DNA of 64,000 bases from Candidatus Hydrogenedentota bacterium (lineage in GTDB: Bacteria > Hydrogenedentota > Hydrogenedentia > Hydrogenedentales > SLHB01). The notes beneath the pieces are model-generated. The model ran no database searches. It was not told the DNA's origin and saw nothing but the letters and a program-made list of their open reading frames with translations. The position numbers were made by a program, and so were the translations under genes. The DNA lies in assembly GCA_963745075.1 (NCBI GenBank), contig CAVUWV010000012.1:170380-234379 (forward strand), written 5' to 3'. Below, in pieces: positions 54,797-64,000 of this stretch (within the stretch, counting starts at the first letter, position 1; every line of letters begins with the position of its first letter).

Positions 54797-56563
54797 CTAC
54801 TTCAAACCTGTCAACTGGTCCGAAACCCGTTCAAGATCCTCATCGAAATTCTTGAACAATCCGGTCAGAGCCCGGTCGACGGTGTGAAACGCCATCGTGC
54901 AATAGAGTTTTCCGGCGGCCAAATCATTCTGGCGTATGGCGCCTGTGCCGGTGTCCGCATCAAGGCGACTGACGACCGCGGCCGCGGTGTAAAGCGCGAT
55001 GGCTGCCGTCGCCAGCCGGTCGCAGACCATTTGGCGTTCGACTACGTCTTCACGATAACGGACGATGACCCGCGTGACGGCGATTCCGAACCGCCGTACG
55101 GCATGGCCCAGTTCGCCCGCTTCACTCTGGAGATCGGCTGACTGGACGGGAACGCGCGGTTTGCCCAAAATGCGTTTTGCCATATGCATGCCGAATCGCA
55201 TCGCTGGGCCCATAGCCGACCACGGCCGCTTCATCGCATCCGCGATCTCCTTCATCTGCATTCCCGGGTCGCGCAGGCCCACCACGCCGATAAACGCGCG
55301 CAGGACCTCGTTCGACCCTTCGCCGATGGTGTTCAAGCGCGCGTCGCGCATCATCCGTTCGAAAGGTTGGTCCGTGAAGAAACTGCGCCCCCCGAAAATC
55401 TGCATCGTGTCGTAGCAGATCTTCCACTGGCACTCGCTCGCGAAGACCTTCAAGATGGCCGTCTCGAGCATAAAGTCATCGGCGCCGCGGTCCAACAGCC
55501 CCGCCGTCAGATAGGTCGACGCGTCCATCGCGTACGTGAGCGCCGACATGGTCGCAAGCTTCTCCTTCACCAGGCTGAATGACGCGAGGGGGCGCTCGAA
55601 CTGATGCCGCGTCGTCGCGTGTGCGATGGCCCGCTCGACCATCTCTTTGCAATTGCCCGTACACCCGGCGCCAAATGTGGTGCGTCCGTAGTCCAGCACG
55701 GTAAGGGCGACTTTCAGTCCGCCTCCCTTCGGACCGAGGATGTTGGCGGCGGGTACCACCATGTTCTCGAACTCAAGTTTGGCGGTTTTCGTGCCTCGCA
55801 TGCCTACCTTTTCGAGAGCCACGTCCGTAACCTTGAAACCCGGCATGTCGGGCGTCACGAGAAAGGCGGTCACCTTGTCCTGCGGACCACGCTTCGTTTC
55901 GACTTCTGTTTGAGCCATGACGGTGAGGATATCCGCAATCCCGCCATTCGTGATCCATTGCTTCTTGCCGTTCAAGATGTACGCGTCCCGGTCCGGATCG
56001 TACACCGCGCGCGTTTCGATTCCCGCCGCATCGGAACCTGCGTTGGGTTCCGTCAAGGCAAATGCCGCCAGGACTTCGCCCCGGGCGAGCGGCGGCAGCC
56101 AGCGCTCCTGCTGCGCCGTAGTGCCGAAGAGCAGCAGCGCTTTCATGCCGATACTTTGGTGCGCGTTCACGAACAGCGCCGTCGAACCGCAGCGTCGCGC
56201 AATTGCCTCCACCATTCGGCAATACCCGTATTGCGAAAGGTTCAGACCTCCAAAATCTTCCGGAATCGTGCACCCCAAAACTCCGAGCCGCGCGAGCCCC
56301 TCAATGACCGATTCGGGAATATTCGCCTCGCGGTCGATCGCTGCAGGGTCCAGGTTCTCATCGGCCCACACGTCGAGTTCCCGAACAAACGCGCCCACCC
56401 GGTCACGCTCGTTCTCGTCCACCGCCGGAAATGGGTGGACTCGGCTCGCATCGTAAAGGCCGAAGAACAGCGCCTTGGCGAAACTCGGCAACCGCTCGCC
56501 CGAGAACAACAGTTCTTCGGCCATGCGCATCTGCTTTTCGTGCAATGAGATTTGATTACCCAT
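54797..56563 (-). CDS. Acyl-CoA dehydrogenase (VLCAD/ACAD9-like long form)
   Basis: AFALTEPNAGSD, KQWITNG, QIFGG, RDARLNTIGEGSNE. Confidence 0.93.
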   Translation of the reverse strand: MGNQISLHEKQMRMAEELLFSGERLPSFAKALFFGLYDASRVHPFPAVDENERDRVGAFVRELDVWADENLDPAAIDREANIPESVIEGLARLGVLGCTIPEDFGGLNLSQYGYCRMVEAIARRCGSTALFVNAHQSIGMKALLLFGTTAQQERWLPPLARGEVLAAFALTEPNAGSDAAGIETRAVYDPDRDAYILNGKKQWITNGGIADILTVMAQTEVETKRGPQDKVTAFLVTPDMPGFKVTDVALEKVGMRGTKTAKLEFENMVVPAANILGPKGGGLKVALTVLDYGRTTFGAGCTGNCKEMVERAIAHATTRHQFERPLASFSLVKEKLATMSALTYAMDASTYLTAGLLDRGADDFMLETAILKVFASECQWKICYDTMQIFGGRSFFTDQPFERMMRDARLNTIGEGSNEVLRAFIGVVGLRDPGMQMKEIADAMKRPWSAMGPAMRFGMHMAKRILGKPRVPVQSADLQSEAGELGHAVRRFGIAVTRVIVRYREDVVERQMVCDRLATAAIALYTAAAVVSRLDADTGTGAIRQNDLAAGKLYCTMAFHTVDRALTGLFKNFDEDLERVSDQLTGLK

Positions 56564-56830
56564 AGACGCCTCTTGAACCCGGTTTACCTACCGTCCGTTC
56601 AACCGAGTGTTTGCAACCCGCCGACTCGGACCACCGTATCACTAATTTCAACGTGATGTATACGACAAAACAGCCAGGAGCGGTCATAGATTTCTGCGAG
56701 CCCTTGGCTTGCACACGCTTCCTACCCGGTCAGTTAAGGCAGCCCGGCTTTGCAGCGAGTCAGAGGTTGTCAATAGATCTGATTCAAATGTAACTCTTTT
56801 TTCATGATATAATTGATTTATATGCCGGAT

Positions 56831-56936
56831 ATGCAATATATAGCCAGAACACAATATATAGCGCCGGTGGGATGTCAAAAGGATTGATTATACGATAGCA
56901 AGGATATGTCTGGCTTTGGTACACAATATTTAGTTG
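56831..56936. promoter_or_regulatory. Three NrdR-box-like palindromes
   Basis: atgcaatatatagcca (56831), acacaatatatagcgc (56849), acacaatatttagttg (56921) vs consensus acaCwAtATaTwGtg. Confidence 0.6.
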
Positions 56937-56962
56937 CATATAAATTCATCTTTTGCTACAAT
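56934..56962 (+). promoter_or_regulatory. sigma70 promoter of ftsK
   Basis: TTGCAT-17 bp-TACAAT with extended TG; a second TGATATAAT lies at 56805-56813. Confidence 0.65.
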
Positions 56963-57021
56963 TGCGCTATGTTGGGGTGGCAAGTGAGATCATGAGGACC
57001 AAACGCACGGGCAGGGAAACC

Positions 57022-59544
57022 ATGGACTTTAGAGCACGAAGAAGTGAAATTCTTGGCCTCATTCTTATTTCTATTACTATACTTCTTTTTCTTGCTCTGG
57101 TTACCGACGGGTATCAAAGTGAGGTGCGCCGACCCATTGACGGCATGTCCAACGCCCCCAATCTGCTCGGAAAACCCGGCGCTACCATTGCCGGAATCCT
57201 AAGCCTGCTCCTCGGCGGAGGCGCACATTGCCTTTACTTCATCACCGGTGTATGGGGCGCACTCTTGCTACGTCACAAACCCCTTGACCGCCTGACCGGC
57301 CGCATGGCGGGCGCCGTCATCCTGACCTTTGCCATGGCGGCCCTGTTGCACGTCAACGTCGCCGTTACCGAAAACGGCGATCACCTCGGCGGCATCATAG
57401 GCGGCTTCTTCGGATCGTTTTTCTTTGGCCAATTTGGAATTGTCGGCGCCAACGTCATCTGCGTCACCTTCGTCCTCATTGGCACATTGCTCTCGACCGA
57501 GTTGCTTCTCATCCGCGTGCTGGATCGAGGGCGGCTCGTAACCATGTGGCTATTGCACGCCACGGCCGTATTCCTCGCGTACGCAGGAGCTGCGATCAAA
57601 AACTCACGGGGCCGCCGGCCATGGGCCGCCCATCTCGCTCCCGAACCCGTAAACCTGGAACCGGAAGGCCCCGAGTTGCTCGAGCAAATCGAAGAGGTCG
57701 AATCGGAAGTTTACCCGCGTATCGAGGACCAGGTCGTGCGTCCGCAGCAATTGCCGCTCAGCTCGGGATATGACGAGGACGTCCCCGAGCCACCCTCGAA
57801 ACTTCGCGACGAAGCGCGCATCCGCATTCATACCGGCCCTAAGAAACCCGAGCTTGCCGCTCCCGAAACCGGCGAGACCGACCATCCCGTAGACGCGGAG
57901 TGCCACGATCCCGCCGCGCACCTTGATGCCGCCGAAGCGGACGCCTTCGAGAGCCTTGTCGGTGAAGGTCCCTCAAAGTCCGCACCGAATCTGCCTACTC
58001 GGGCAAAGGCCGCGCCCTTGCCCCGCCGTAAGACGATGGACGACGAGTTGCCCGAGGATTACGTCTATCCAAAGCGGTACACCCGGCCCTCGCTGGACCT
58101 GTTCGATCCGCCCGAGCCGCCGGAGGTCGAAGACTGGAGCGACCATCTCCTCGCAACCAGCGCTTTGCTCGAAGAAACGCTTCAGACGTTTGGAATCGAA
58201 GCCCGTGTAACCGACGTGACACGCGGCCCAACGATTACGCGCTACGAACTCGAACCTGCGCCAGGTATCAAGGTCAGTCGTTTCGCTTCACTGGCTGACG
58301 ATATCGCCCTGGCCCTGAAAGCCCATCGTGTCCGTGTGGAAGCCCCGATACCCGGCAAAGGCCGTGTCGGTATTGAAGTGCCCAATAAGGATCGCGAGTC
58401 CGTCGTCATTCGCGAACTGCTCGAATCGCGCGCATTCAAACGGTCGAAGACGAGCCTGCCCCTCACGCTAGGAAAAGACATCGCCGGCGACGTGATGGTG
58501 ACGGACCTCGCCACCATGCCCCACTTGCTCGTCGCGGGCGCCACGGGAGCGGGAAAAACGGTTTGCGTGAAGACACTTTTGGCCAGTTTGCTGTGTACCC
58601 GAACGCCCGACGAACTGCAATTGATGCTTATCGATCCCAAGATGGTCGAACTTTCCATCTTCAACGATATTCCCCATCTGATCACCCCGGTTGTTATCGA
58701 TCCGAAGAAGGCCGCCTCCGCCCTCAATTGGCTTATCGTCGAAATGGAAGAGCGCTATCGTCTCTTCGCCCACCTGCGTGTGCGCAACATCGAGGTCTAC
58801 AACCAGAGCGTCGAGAACGGCGAAATCGAAATGGTCGGCGAGGAAGGCGAAGAGAACGCCGATTCCGTCGACGCCATTCGCAAACTACCTTACATCGTCT
58901 GCGTTATTGACGAACTGGCCGATCTCATGATGCTGGCCCGCGCGGAAGTCGAGGATGCCATCGGCCGTCTGGCACAACTGGCGCGCGCGGTCGGTATCCA
59001 CCTCATCATTGCCACCCAGCGTCCCTCCGTCGACGTGCTCACGGGCGTTATCAAGGCGAATTTCCCCTGTCGCATCTCCTTCCAGGTGTCGTCCCGCGTG
59101 GACAGCCGCTGCATTTTGGACGAAATCGGCGCCGAGCGGCTCATTGGCAAAGGGGACATGCTGTACCTCCCCGCCGGCCAGTCCAAACCCAATCGGATCC
59201 AGGGTGCCTTTGTCAGCGACGCGGAGATGAACGGGCTGATTGCGTACCTGAAAACCCAGGCTCCACCGCAATATCGCGATGAAATCGCGAATTTCGGGAA
59301 AAACAAAGACTCTATGGAAGAAATTGGGGATCAAGACGACGAATTGTTCGATGATGCCATACGGGTTGTGTTAGAAACTGGGCAGGCCTCAATTTCTATG
59401 GTGCAAAGAAGGCTCCGAGTAGGGTATACTAGAGCTGCGCGGTTGATAGACATGATGGAAATGAGGGGGATCGTAGGACCACACAGCGGGAGCAAAGCAC
59501 GGGAGATTCTGGTCACCGTGCCTCCGAACGACGAGGTTGCATGA
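57022..59544 (+). CDS. ftsK: DNA translocase FtsK
   Basis: 4TM N-domain, PHLLVAGATGAGKT, IDELADLM, ATQRPSVDV, gamma domain QRRLRVGYTRAARLID. Confidence 0.97.
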   Translation: MDFRARRSEILGLILISITILLFLALVTDGYQSEVRRPIDGMSNAPNLLGKPGATIAGILSLLLGGGAHCLYFITGVWGALLLRHKPLDRLTGRMAGAVILTFAMAALLHVNVAVTENGDHLGGIIGGFFGSFFFGQFGIVGANVICVTFVLIGTLLSTELLLIRVLDRGRLVTMWLLHATAVFLAYAGAAIKNSRGRRPWAAHLAPEPVNLEPEGPELLEQIEEVESEVYPRIEDQVVRPQQLPLSSGYDEDVPEPPSKLRDEARIRIHTGPKKPELAAPETGETDHPVDAECHDPAAHLDAAEADAFESLVGEGPSKSAPNLPTRAKAAPLPRRKTMDDELPEDYVYPKRYTRPSLDLFDPPEPPEVEDWSDHLLATSALLEETLQTFGIEARVTDVTRGPTITRYELEPAPGIKVSRFASLADDIALALKAHRVRVEAPIPGKGRVGIEVPNKDRESVVIRELLESRAFKRSKTSLPLTLGKDIAGDVMVTDLATMPHLLVAGATGAGKTVCVKTLLASLLCTRTPDELQLMLIDPKMVELSIFNDIPHLITPVVIDPKKAASALNWLIVEMEERYRLFAHLRVRNIEVYNQSVENGEIEMVGEEGEENADSVDAIRKLPYIVCVIDELADLMMLARAEVEDAIGRLAQLARAVGIHLIIATQRPSVDVLTGVIKANFPCRISFQVSSRVDSRCILDEIGAERLIGKGDMLYLPAGQSKPNRIQGAFVSDAEMNGLIAYLKTQAPPQYRDEIANFGKNKDSMEEIGDQDDELFDDAIRVVLETGQASISMVQRRLRVGYTRAARLIDMMEMRGIVGPHSGSKAREILVTVPPNDEVA

Positions 59545-60011
59545 ACGAGTCGACCTTTCCGGGATCGGAACTACGCGTACGGCGCGAAGAGTTGGGGTTT
59601 TCCGTAGAAGATGTCTACCGGAAAATCCGCGTACCCATTAACGTCCTCCAGTCCCTGGAGACCGGAGACGTGCAAAACTTGCCTGCAGCATGTTATACTG
59701 TGGGGTTTTTGAAGACGTACTGTCAGCTCATGGGAATTTGTCCCAATCGTTTTGTCGATACGTATCAGGCCTGCGTACGGCCCACGACCCGTTTCCTTCG
59801 CCGTGCCGCTGCCCCGGCGCAACCGATTCCGCGGCCAAAGTGGGTTGGCGAACTCGCGGCGTGGGCAGCTGTATGCCTGGTCATCGCGCTTGGCTGGTTC
59901 GCGTATGCGGTCGTGGTGCGTCCCAACGCCGACCCCGGCGACCAACGTGCCCTCGCGGGAACGGAAGACGGGCTTCACGTGCCTTCCGCGGTGACAGTCA
60001 ACGACGAATAA
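59541..60011 (+). CDS. RodZ-like HTH plus TM protein (short form)
   Basis: GSELRVRREELG...YTVGFLKTY then TM; position between ftsK and pgsA. Confidence 0.8.
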   Translation: MNESTFPGSELRVRREELGFSVEDVYRKIRVPINVLQSLETGDVQNLPAACYTVGFLKTYCQLMGICPNRFVDTYQACVRPTTRFLRRAAAPAQPIPRPKWVGELAAWAAVCLVIALGWFAYAVVVRPNADPGDQRALAGTEDGLHVPSAVTVNDE

Positions 60012-60247
60012 TCCGGCTCACAAGGTCGCACCCTTCACCCAAGAGATTTCGCTTGGTTCTTTTTCATACTCCCGTTTTCGCCTTGCCACTTCCGTGAGCA
60101 TGCAGCCCGGTCGTCTATTTGCTATGATTGATGCACGTGCCGAGGCGCGAGCAGACGCCTCATTCCAGGATGGCCGATGAACCGGGAGCGAACCTCATCG
60201 TGTCGCAAGCATCAAAACAGAACGACGTCAAAGCGGTATCGCATCAA

Positions 60248-60874
60248 ATGGCGATGAATCTGCCCAATCGACTAACGTTGGCGCGGGTCGTCATGGTACC
60301 GATCTTTGTAGCCTTGTTATCGTTTCATTACTGGTGGTGTTACGCGGTGGGATACCTTGTTTTCACGGCGGCCGCGATTACCGACTACTACGACGGCAAA
60401 ATCGCGCGCGAACGAAACCTGATTACGAATTTCGGCAAGTTGCTCGACCCGGTCGCAGACAAAGTGCTTCTCGCCGCGGGTTTTGTCATGCTGATGACCC
60501 TACCGGCGCCGGCCGACCCCTCGATGCGGGGGCTGCACGTTCCGGGTTGGACCGTGGTCGCCATTCTCGCGCGCGAGTTTGTCGTCACCGGCGTCCGCTC
60601 ATTGTCGGCCAGCGAGGGCGTCGTCATCGCCGCCAACAAATACGGCAAGGCGAAGGCGGCGCTGCAAATGGTGTACGTGTTTGTGTTCCTGTTTTTCCTC
60701 ATCGTCGAGCGCGCCGTCGTGGAGTGGGCGCCCGCGTCGGCGACCGCCTACCACGGGGTGCTCTACGCGGTTTCGTATTGGGCCATCGTCGCGGTCGCCG
60801 TGTATACGGTGTACTCAGGCACACAATTCCTTCTCGCGAACTGGCAACAACTCCATCTTGGAAATTCCGCATGA
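60248..60874 (+). CDS. pgsA: Phosphatidylglycerophosphate synthase
   Basis: MNLPNRLT, TDYYDGKIAR, FGKLLDPVADK. Confidence 0.92.
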   Translation: MAMNLPNRLTLARVVMVPIFVALLSFHYWWCYAVGYLVFTAAAITDYYDGKIARERNLITNFGKLLDPVADKVLLAAGFVMLMTLPAPADPSMRGLHVPGWTVVAILAREFVVTGVRSLSASEGVVIAANKYGKAKAALQMVYVFVFLFFLIVERAVVEWAPASATAYHGVLYAVSYWAIVAVAVYTVYSGTQFLLANWQQLHLGNSA

Positions 60875-62007
60875 AGGTTCCGTCTACGTCCCGCGCAATC
60901 ATCGACCTGTCCGCATACGCCAAGAACCTCGGCGCGACGCGCACTATGTTACCCAAGGATTGCGGGCTCATGGCCGTCGTCAAAGGCAACGCATACGGCC
61001 ACGGCGCAGTGCCCATTGCCCAACGGGCCGTCGCTGAAGGCGTCACCATGCTGGGCGTCGCGACGGTCAAAGAAGCCGTCGAATTGCGGGAGGCCGGTAT
61101 CGACGCGCCCATCCTCGTGCTGGTGCAACCGACAGAGGACGTGCTCCAGGCGGCTGTCGAATACGACTTGCGGCTCTCCATCTCGGACGTGGCCATTGCG
61201 GAACGCGTGGGCGAACTGGCGCGGCGCGCGAACCGCATCGTTCCGATCCACTGCAAGATTGACACCGGCATGGGGCGGCAAGGATTCCCCGTGGACATAG
61301 CCGTCGCCGAGATGTTGCGTCTCACGCGGATTTCCCACATCGACATCGAAGGGGTTTCAACGCATTTCCCCATCGCCGACAATGCGCGCGACGCATACAC
61401 CGCCAATCAGGTGCGCCAGTTCCGCCACGTCCTTCGCCAGTTGGAGAAGGAGGGGATTCCCTACGAGATGGCCCACGCCGCCAACAGCGCCGCCGTCGTC
61501 AATCACTCCTCCGCCGTGTTCGACATAGCCCGGCCCGGCCTCATGACCTATGGCGTCTGGCCCACGGACTCGCCGCCGGCCGAGTCCCCCTTGACGCCCG
61601 TGTTGCGGTGGGAAACGCAAGTGGTCCTCGTCAAAGATATCGCGAAGGGTGAAACTATCGGCTACGGCCGCACCTTCACGGCCGGCGATACCATTCGCGT
61701 GGCCCTACTGCCCATCGGCTACGCTGACGGATATAAGCACAGCCTTTCCAACCGCGCCTCCGTGCTCATTCGCGGAAAGCGTTGTGCCGTGCGCGGCCGC
61801 ATCTCCATGGACCAATGCGTCGTGGAAGTCACCTACGTGCCCGGCGTGGCCGTCGGCGACGTCGCCACGCTCATTGGCTCAGACGGCAAGGAATCCGTCA
61901 CCGCGGAAGAACTCGCCGAACGGGCCGGCACCATCCCTTACGAGATCCTCACGGGCATCAGTCCCCGCGTCGACCGCGAATACGTCGACGCCTTGCCCGA
62001 ATCATGA
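60871..62007 (+). CDS. alr: Alanine racemase
   Basis: AVVKGNAYGHG, KIDTGMGR, IGYADG, GRISMDQ, TIPYE. Confidence 0.97.
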   Translation: MKVPSTSRAIIDLSAYAKNLGATRTMLPKDCGLMAVVKGNAYGHGAVPIAQRAVAEGVTMLGVATVKEAVELREAGIDAPILVLVQPTEDVLQAAVEYDLRLSISDVAIAERVGELARRANRIVPIHCKIDTGMGRQGFPVDIAVAEMLRLTRISHIDIEGVSTHFPIADNARDAYTANQVRQFRHVLRQLEKEGIPYEMAHAANSAAVVNHSSAVFDIARPGLMTYGVWPTDSPPAESPLTPVLRWETQVVLVKDIAKGETIGYGRTFTAGDTIRVALLPIGYADGYKHSLSNRASVLIRGKRCAVRGRISMDQCVVEVTYVPGVAVGDVATLIGSDGKESVTAEELAERAGTIPYEILTGISPRVDREYVDALPES

Positions 62008-62525
62008 CCACCTACCTCATCGACGGGTACAACGTCATCCACAAGTGTCCCCAGTTACGAGCCCTCACCCGGACGAACTTCGAGGCGTCCCGCGACACAC
62101 TGATTGACCGTGTTGCCCGGTATTGCGGCCTCACCAGCCATCACGCCAAGATCGTTTTCGACGGTTGTGGCCGTCGCCAGGAACCATCGCTGCCCGAATG
62201 CGGCACCGCCGGCGTCGAGATCATCTACTCGCCGGGTCAGCACACGGCCGATACCCTCATCGAACGGATCGTTTACAGCTCCGCCAACCGTCGCGACTAC
62301 ATCGTCGTCAGCGGCGACCGCGGCATCCGCGACCTGGTCCGCGGACTCGGCGGCATGACCATGATTCCCGACAGCTTCCTCACCGAGATCCAGCACGTCC
62401 TCGACAGCGCCAGCGACGCCCTCCGCAACCAGTCCCGCCAACATCGCAGCAGCCACCTGGAAGAACGGCTGAGCGGGGATTCCTTGGAGCGATTGCGGAA
62501 ACTGAAGGGCAAGCTCGATACCTAA
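62004..62525 (+). CDS. NYN domain ribonuclease (YacP/Rae1-like)
   Basis: YLIDGYNV, IVFDG, TADTLIE, VVSGD. Confidence 0.88.
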   Translation: MTTYLIDGYNVIHKCPQLRALTRTNFEASRDTLIDRVARYCGLTSHHAKIVFDGCGRRQEPSLPECGTAGVEIIYSPGQHTADTLIERIVYSSANRRDYIVVSGDRGIRDLVRGLGGMTMIPDSFLTEIQHVLDSASDALRNQSRQHRSSHLEERLSGDSLERLRKLKGKLDT

Positions 62526-63385
62526 GCCGAGCCCGCCGATGACGTATCCTTCCGCGGAGCGGCAAAGGCTGTCGCCAGATACCAGCACGCCACGAAAATG
62601 CCAAGGCCCATGGCGATGTTCCCGGCCGCGCTCAGAGGGCACAAGGACGCGACCAGATCCCACCCTCCGTGGACCATCGCCACTGCAATAATGCTGCCGA
62701 AATACTCCCGCACGAAACCGAATACCAACCCGGCGACACCGGTCATGAAGAAGGCCACAATATCCAATTGATACGACCCTTCGAGCGGGTTGAACGGATT
62801 CAGGAAATGCCCGATCGCGAACAACGCAGCGGTCAGAATCAGGCCCCAGCCGAAATGAATCGGACCCCATCGGAACGGTCGGCCGAAGGCCCGGTTCAGT
62901 TCCCCCTGAAAGAATCCCCGAAAGAGCAATTCCTCGCCGAAACCCGAAAACACCAACTGGAATACGATGGTCGAGGCCACGAACCCGGTCGCAGGATGTT
63001 TGAGTGTCAGGTGGCCAAACAGCCCCTCCCCGAGTAATGGGGCAAGAATTAGCACCACAAAGCAGATGCCACCCACGCGCAATTCCCGCGGCAACGCGCA
63101 CAGCGTCAGGCCGTAGTCCGCGGGCGCGCGCCGGGCCAGCGCCAAGACGAACAAAGGAATCACGAAGAACAGGGACTGGCCCGCGTAGTTCCAGTAGAGC
63201 GCTTCGTTCAACCGCTGGACAGGTGTCAGCGGAAGGACCCAAAACACCAGGAGAATCCCGACGTACACGGCGACCACCAGCGCAAGCGCGCTCGTCTTGC
63301 ATCCATCCACACGTTCGACGTGCAATAGCTGAGCCTCCAACCCCGATCGCGGTTTGACCAACGCCGCAAATATGATGCTCAGCAA
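62522..63385 (-). CDS. CPBP (CAAX/Abi) intramembrane metalloprotease
   Basis: EELLFRG, FAIGH, HGGWD; start uncertain. Confidence 0.85.
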   Translation of the reverse strand: MLSIIFAALVKPRSGLEAQLLHVERVDGCKTSALALVVAVYVGILLVFWVLPLTPVQRLNEALYWNYAGQSLFFVIPLFVLALARRAPADYGLTLCALPRELRVGGICFVVLILAPLLGEGLFGHLTLKHPATGFVASTIVFQLVFSGFGEELLFRGFFQGELNRAFGRPFRWGPIHFGWGLILTAALFAIGHFLNPFNPLEGSYQLDIVAFFMTGVAGLVFGFVREYFGSIIAVAMVHGGWDLVASLCPLSAAGNIAMGLGIFVACWYLATAFAAPRKDTSSAGSA

Positions 63386-63536
63386 GTGCTATGGGTTCAA
63401 TTCGTGCAAGCACTCAGATTTACCGGGAGACCATACGCCTATTACTCATGCCATGGCGACATGGTATTATGCAGAGGCATTGCACGGGAACTCGGGCCGA
63501 AATGGGGGAATCTATGTCCAATTCCGGTGTGTCCGA

Positions 63537-64000
63537 TGAAGATGGCGGAAATGGCTAAGCGGAACGCCCGCGGCGTATCCGAGGAACGAAGATACTTTCA
63601 CTGGCGCTGTCTCTCGTCCTTGTCGCGCTCGCCATCTACTATTACGTGTACAGCGACCGCGGGGCACTCAATCCCGAGTTGAGTTTCAGCGAGGATTCGC
63701 AAAACCTGACCCGCACCGAAGCCGTGCCCACCCTGGATACCCCCATCGAACCCGGCAAAAACGTGGCCTGGTGTGCGACGTTGCCCGCGGCCTGGACACG
63801 CCCTGCTTCGTCATGTGGGTGGGCAACCCGGAACTGTTGCGAGCGTGGGACTCGTAGCCGCAGCCATTCGAAAAGCGTATTTGTGTACCGGTCTTCTCAT
63901 CCGTGAGCGTAAGACTATCGTCCTCCGGTGCGGAACCCCAGCGCGTCATTCGTGTTTAATCTAGAGGCGATCTGCGTTTATGCGACGGCAGTCGTTTCGA
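63537..64000 (+). pseudogene. Fragmented gene for a membrane-anchored hypothetical protein at the window end
   Basis: TM LSLALSLVLVALAIYYYVY then PTLDTPIEPGKNVAWCAT; frames break on both sides. Confidence 0.4.

Noticed and set aside
56780..56960. oriC or dif site in the AT-rich region
   Set aside because: No TTATCCACA-type DnaA boxes and no XerD arm (TTATGTTAAAT-like).
60334..60870. N-terminal extension of alr (557-aa ORF)
   Set aside because: Overlaps pgsA; the true start is the ATGA junction at 60871.

Overview
GC-rich bacterial chromosomal window. Gene style (Tat-exported sulfatase, heparinase, ECF sigma factor with a long extension, prepilin-type protein) is reminiscent of Hydrogenedentota or PVC-type organisms; this is inference only. 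Housekeeping genes: ruvAB, plsY, der, pcrA, pheA, ftsK-rodZ-pgsA-alr. Accessory loci: a small-protein stress cluster with back-to-back sigma54 promoters, fdhA, a LAL/LuxR regulator with a methyltransferase, several secreted hydrolases, a GH100 invertase, a wbqC-degT-wecA block, and an AtuA/acyl-CoA carboxyltransferase cluster with no biotin subunit. I found no tRNA, rRNA, CRISPR array, integrase or transposase. Three families of REP-like inverted repeats are present. Several 1-bp frameshifts look like assembly errors. Best leads: three NrdR-box-like palindromes on the ftsK promoter, a membrane-tethered 1082-aa ECF sigma factor, a tandem pair of unknown membrane paralogues downstream of a PLD gene, and the biotin-less AtuA operon. 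All family calls come from motif recognition by eye; no database search was run.
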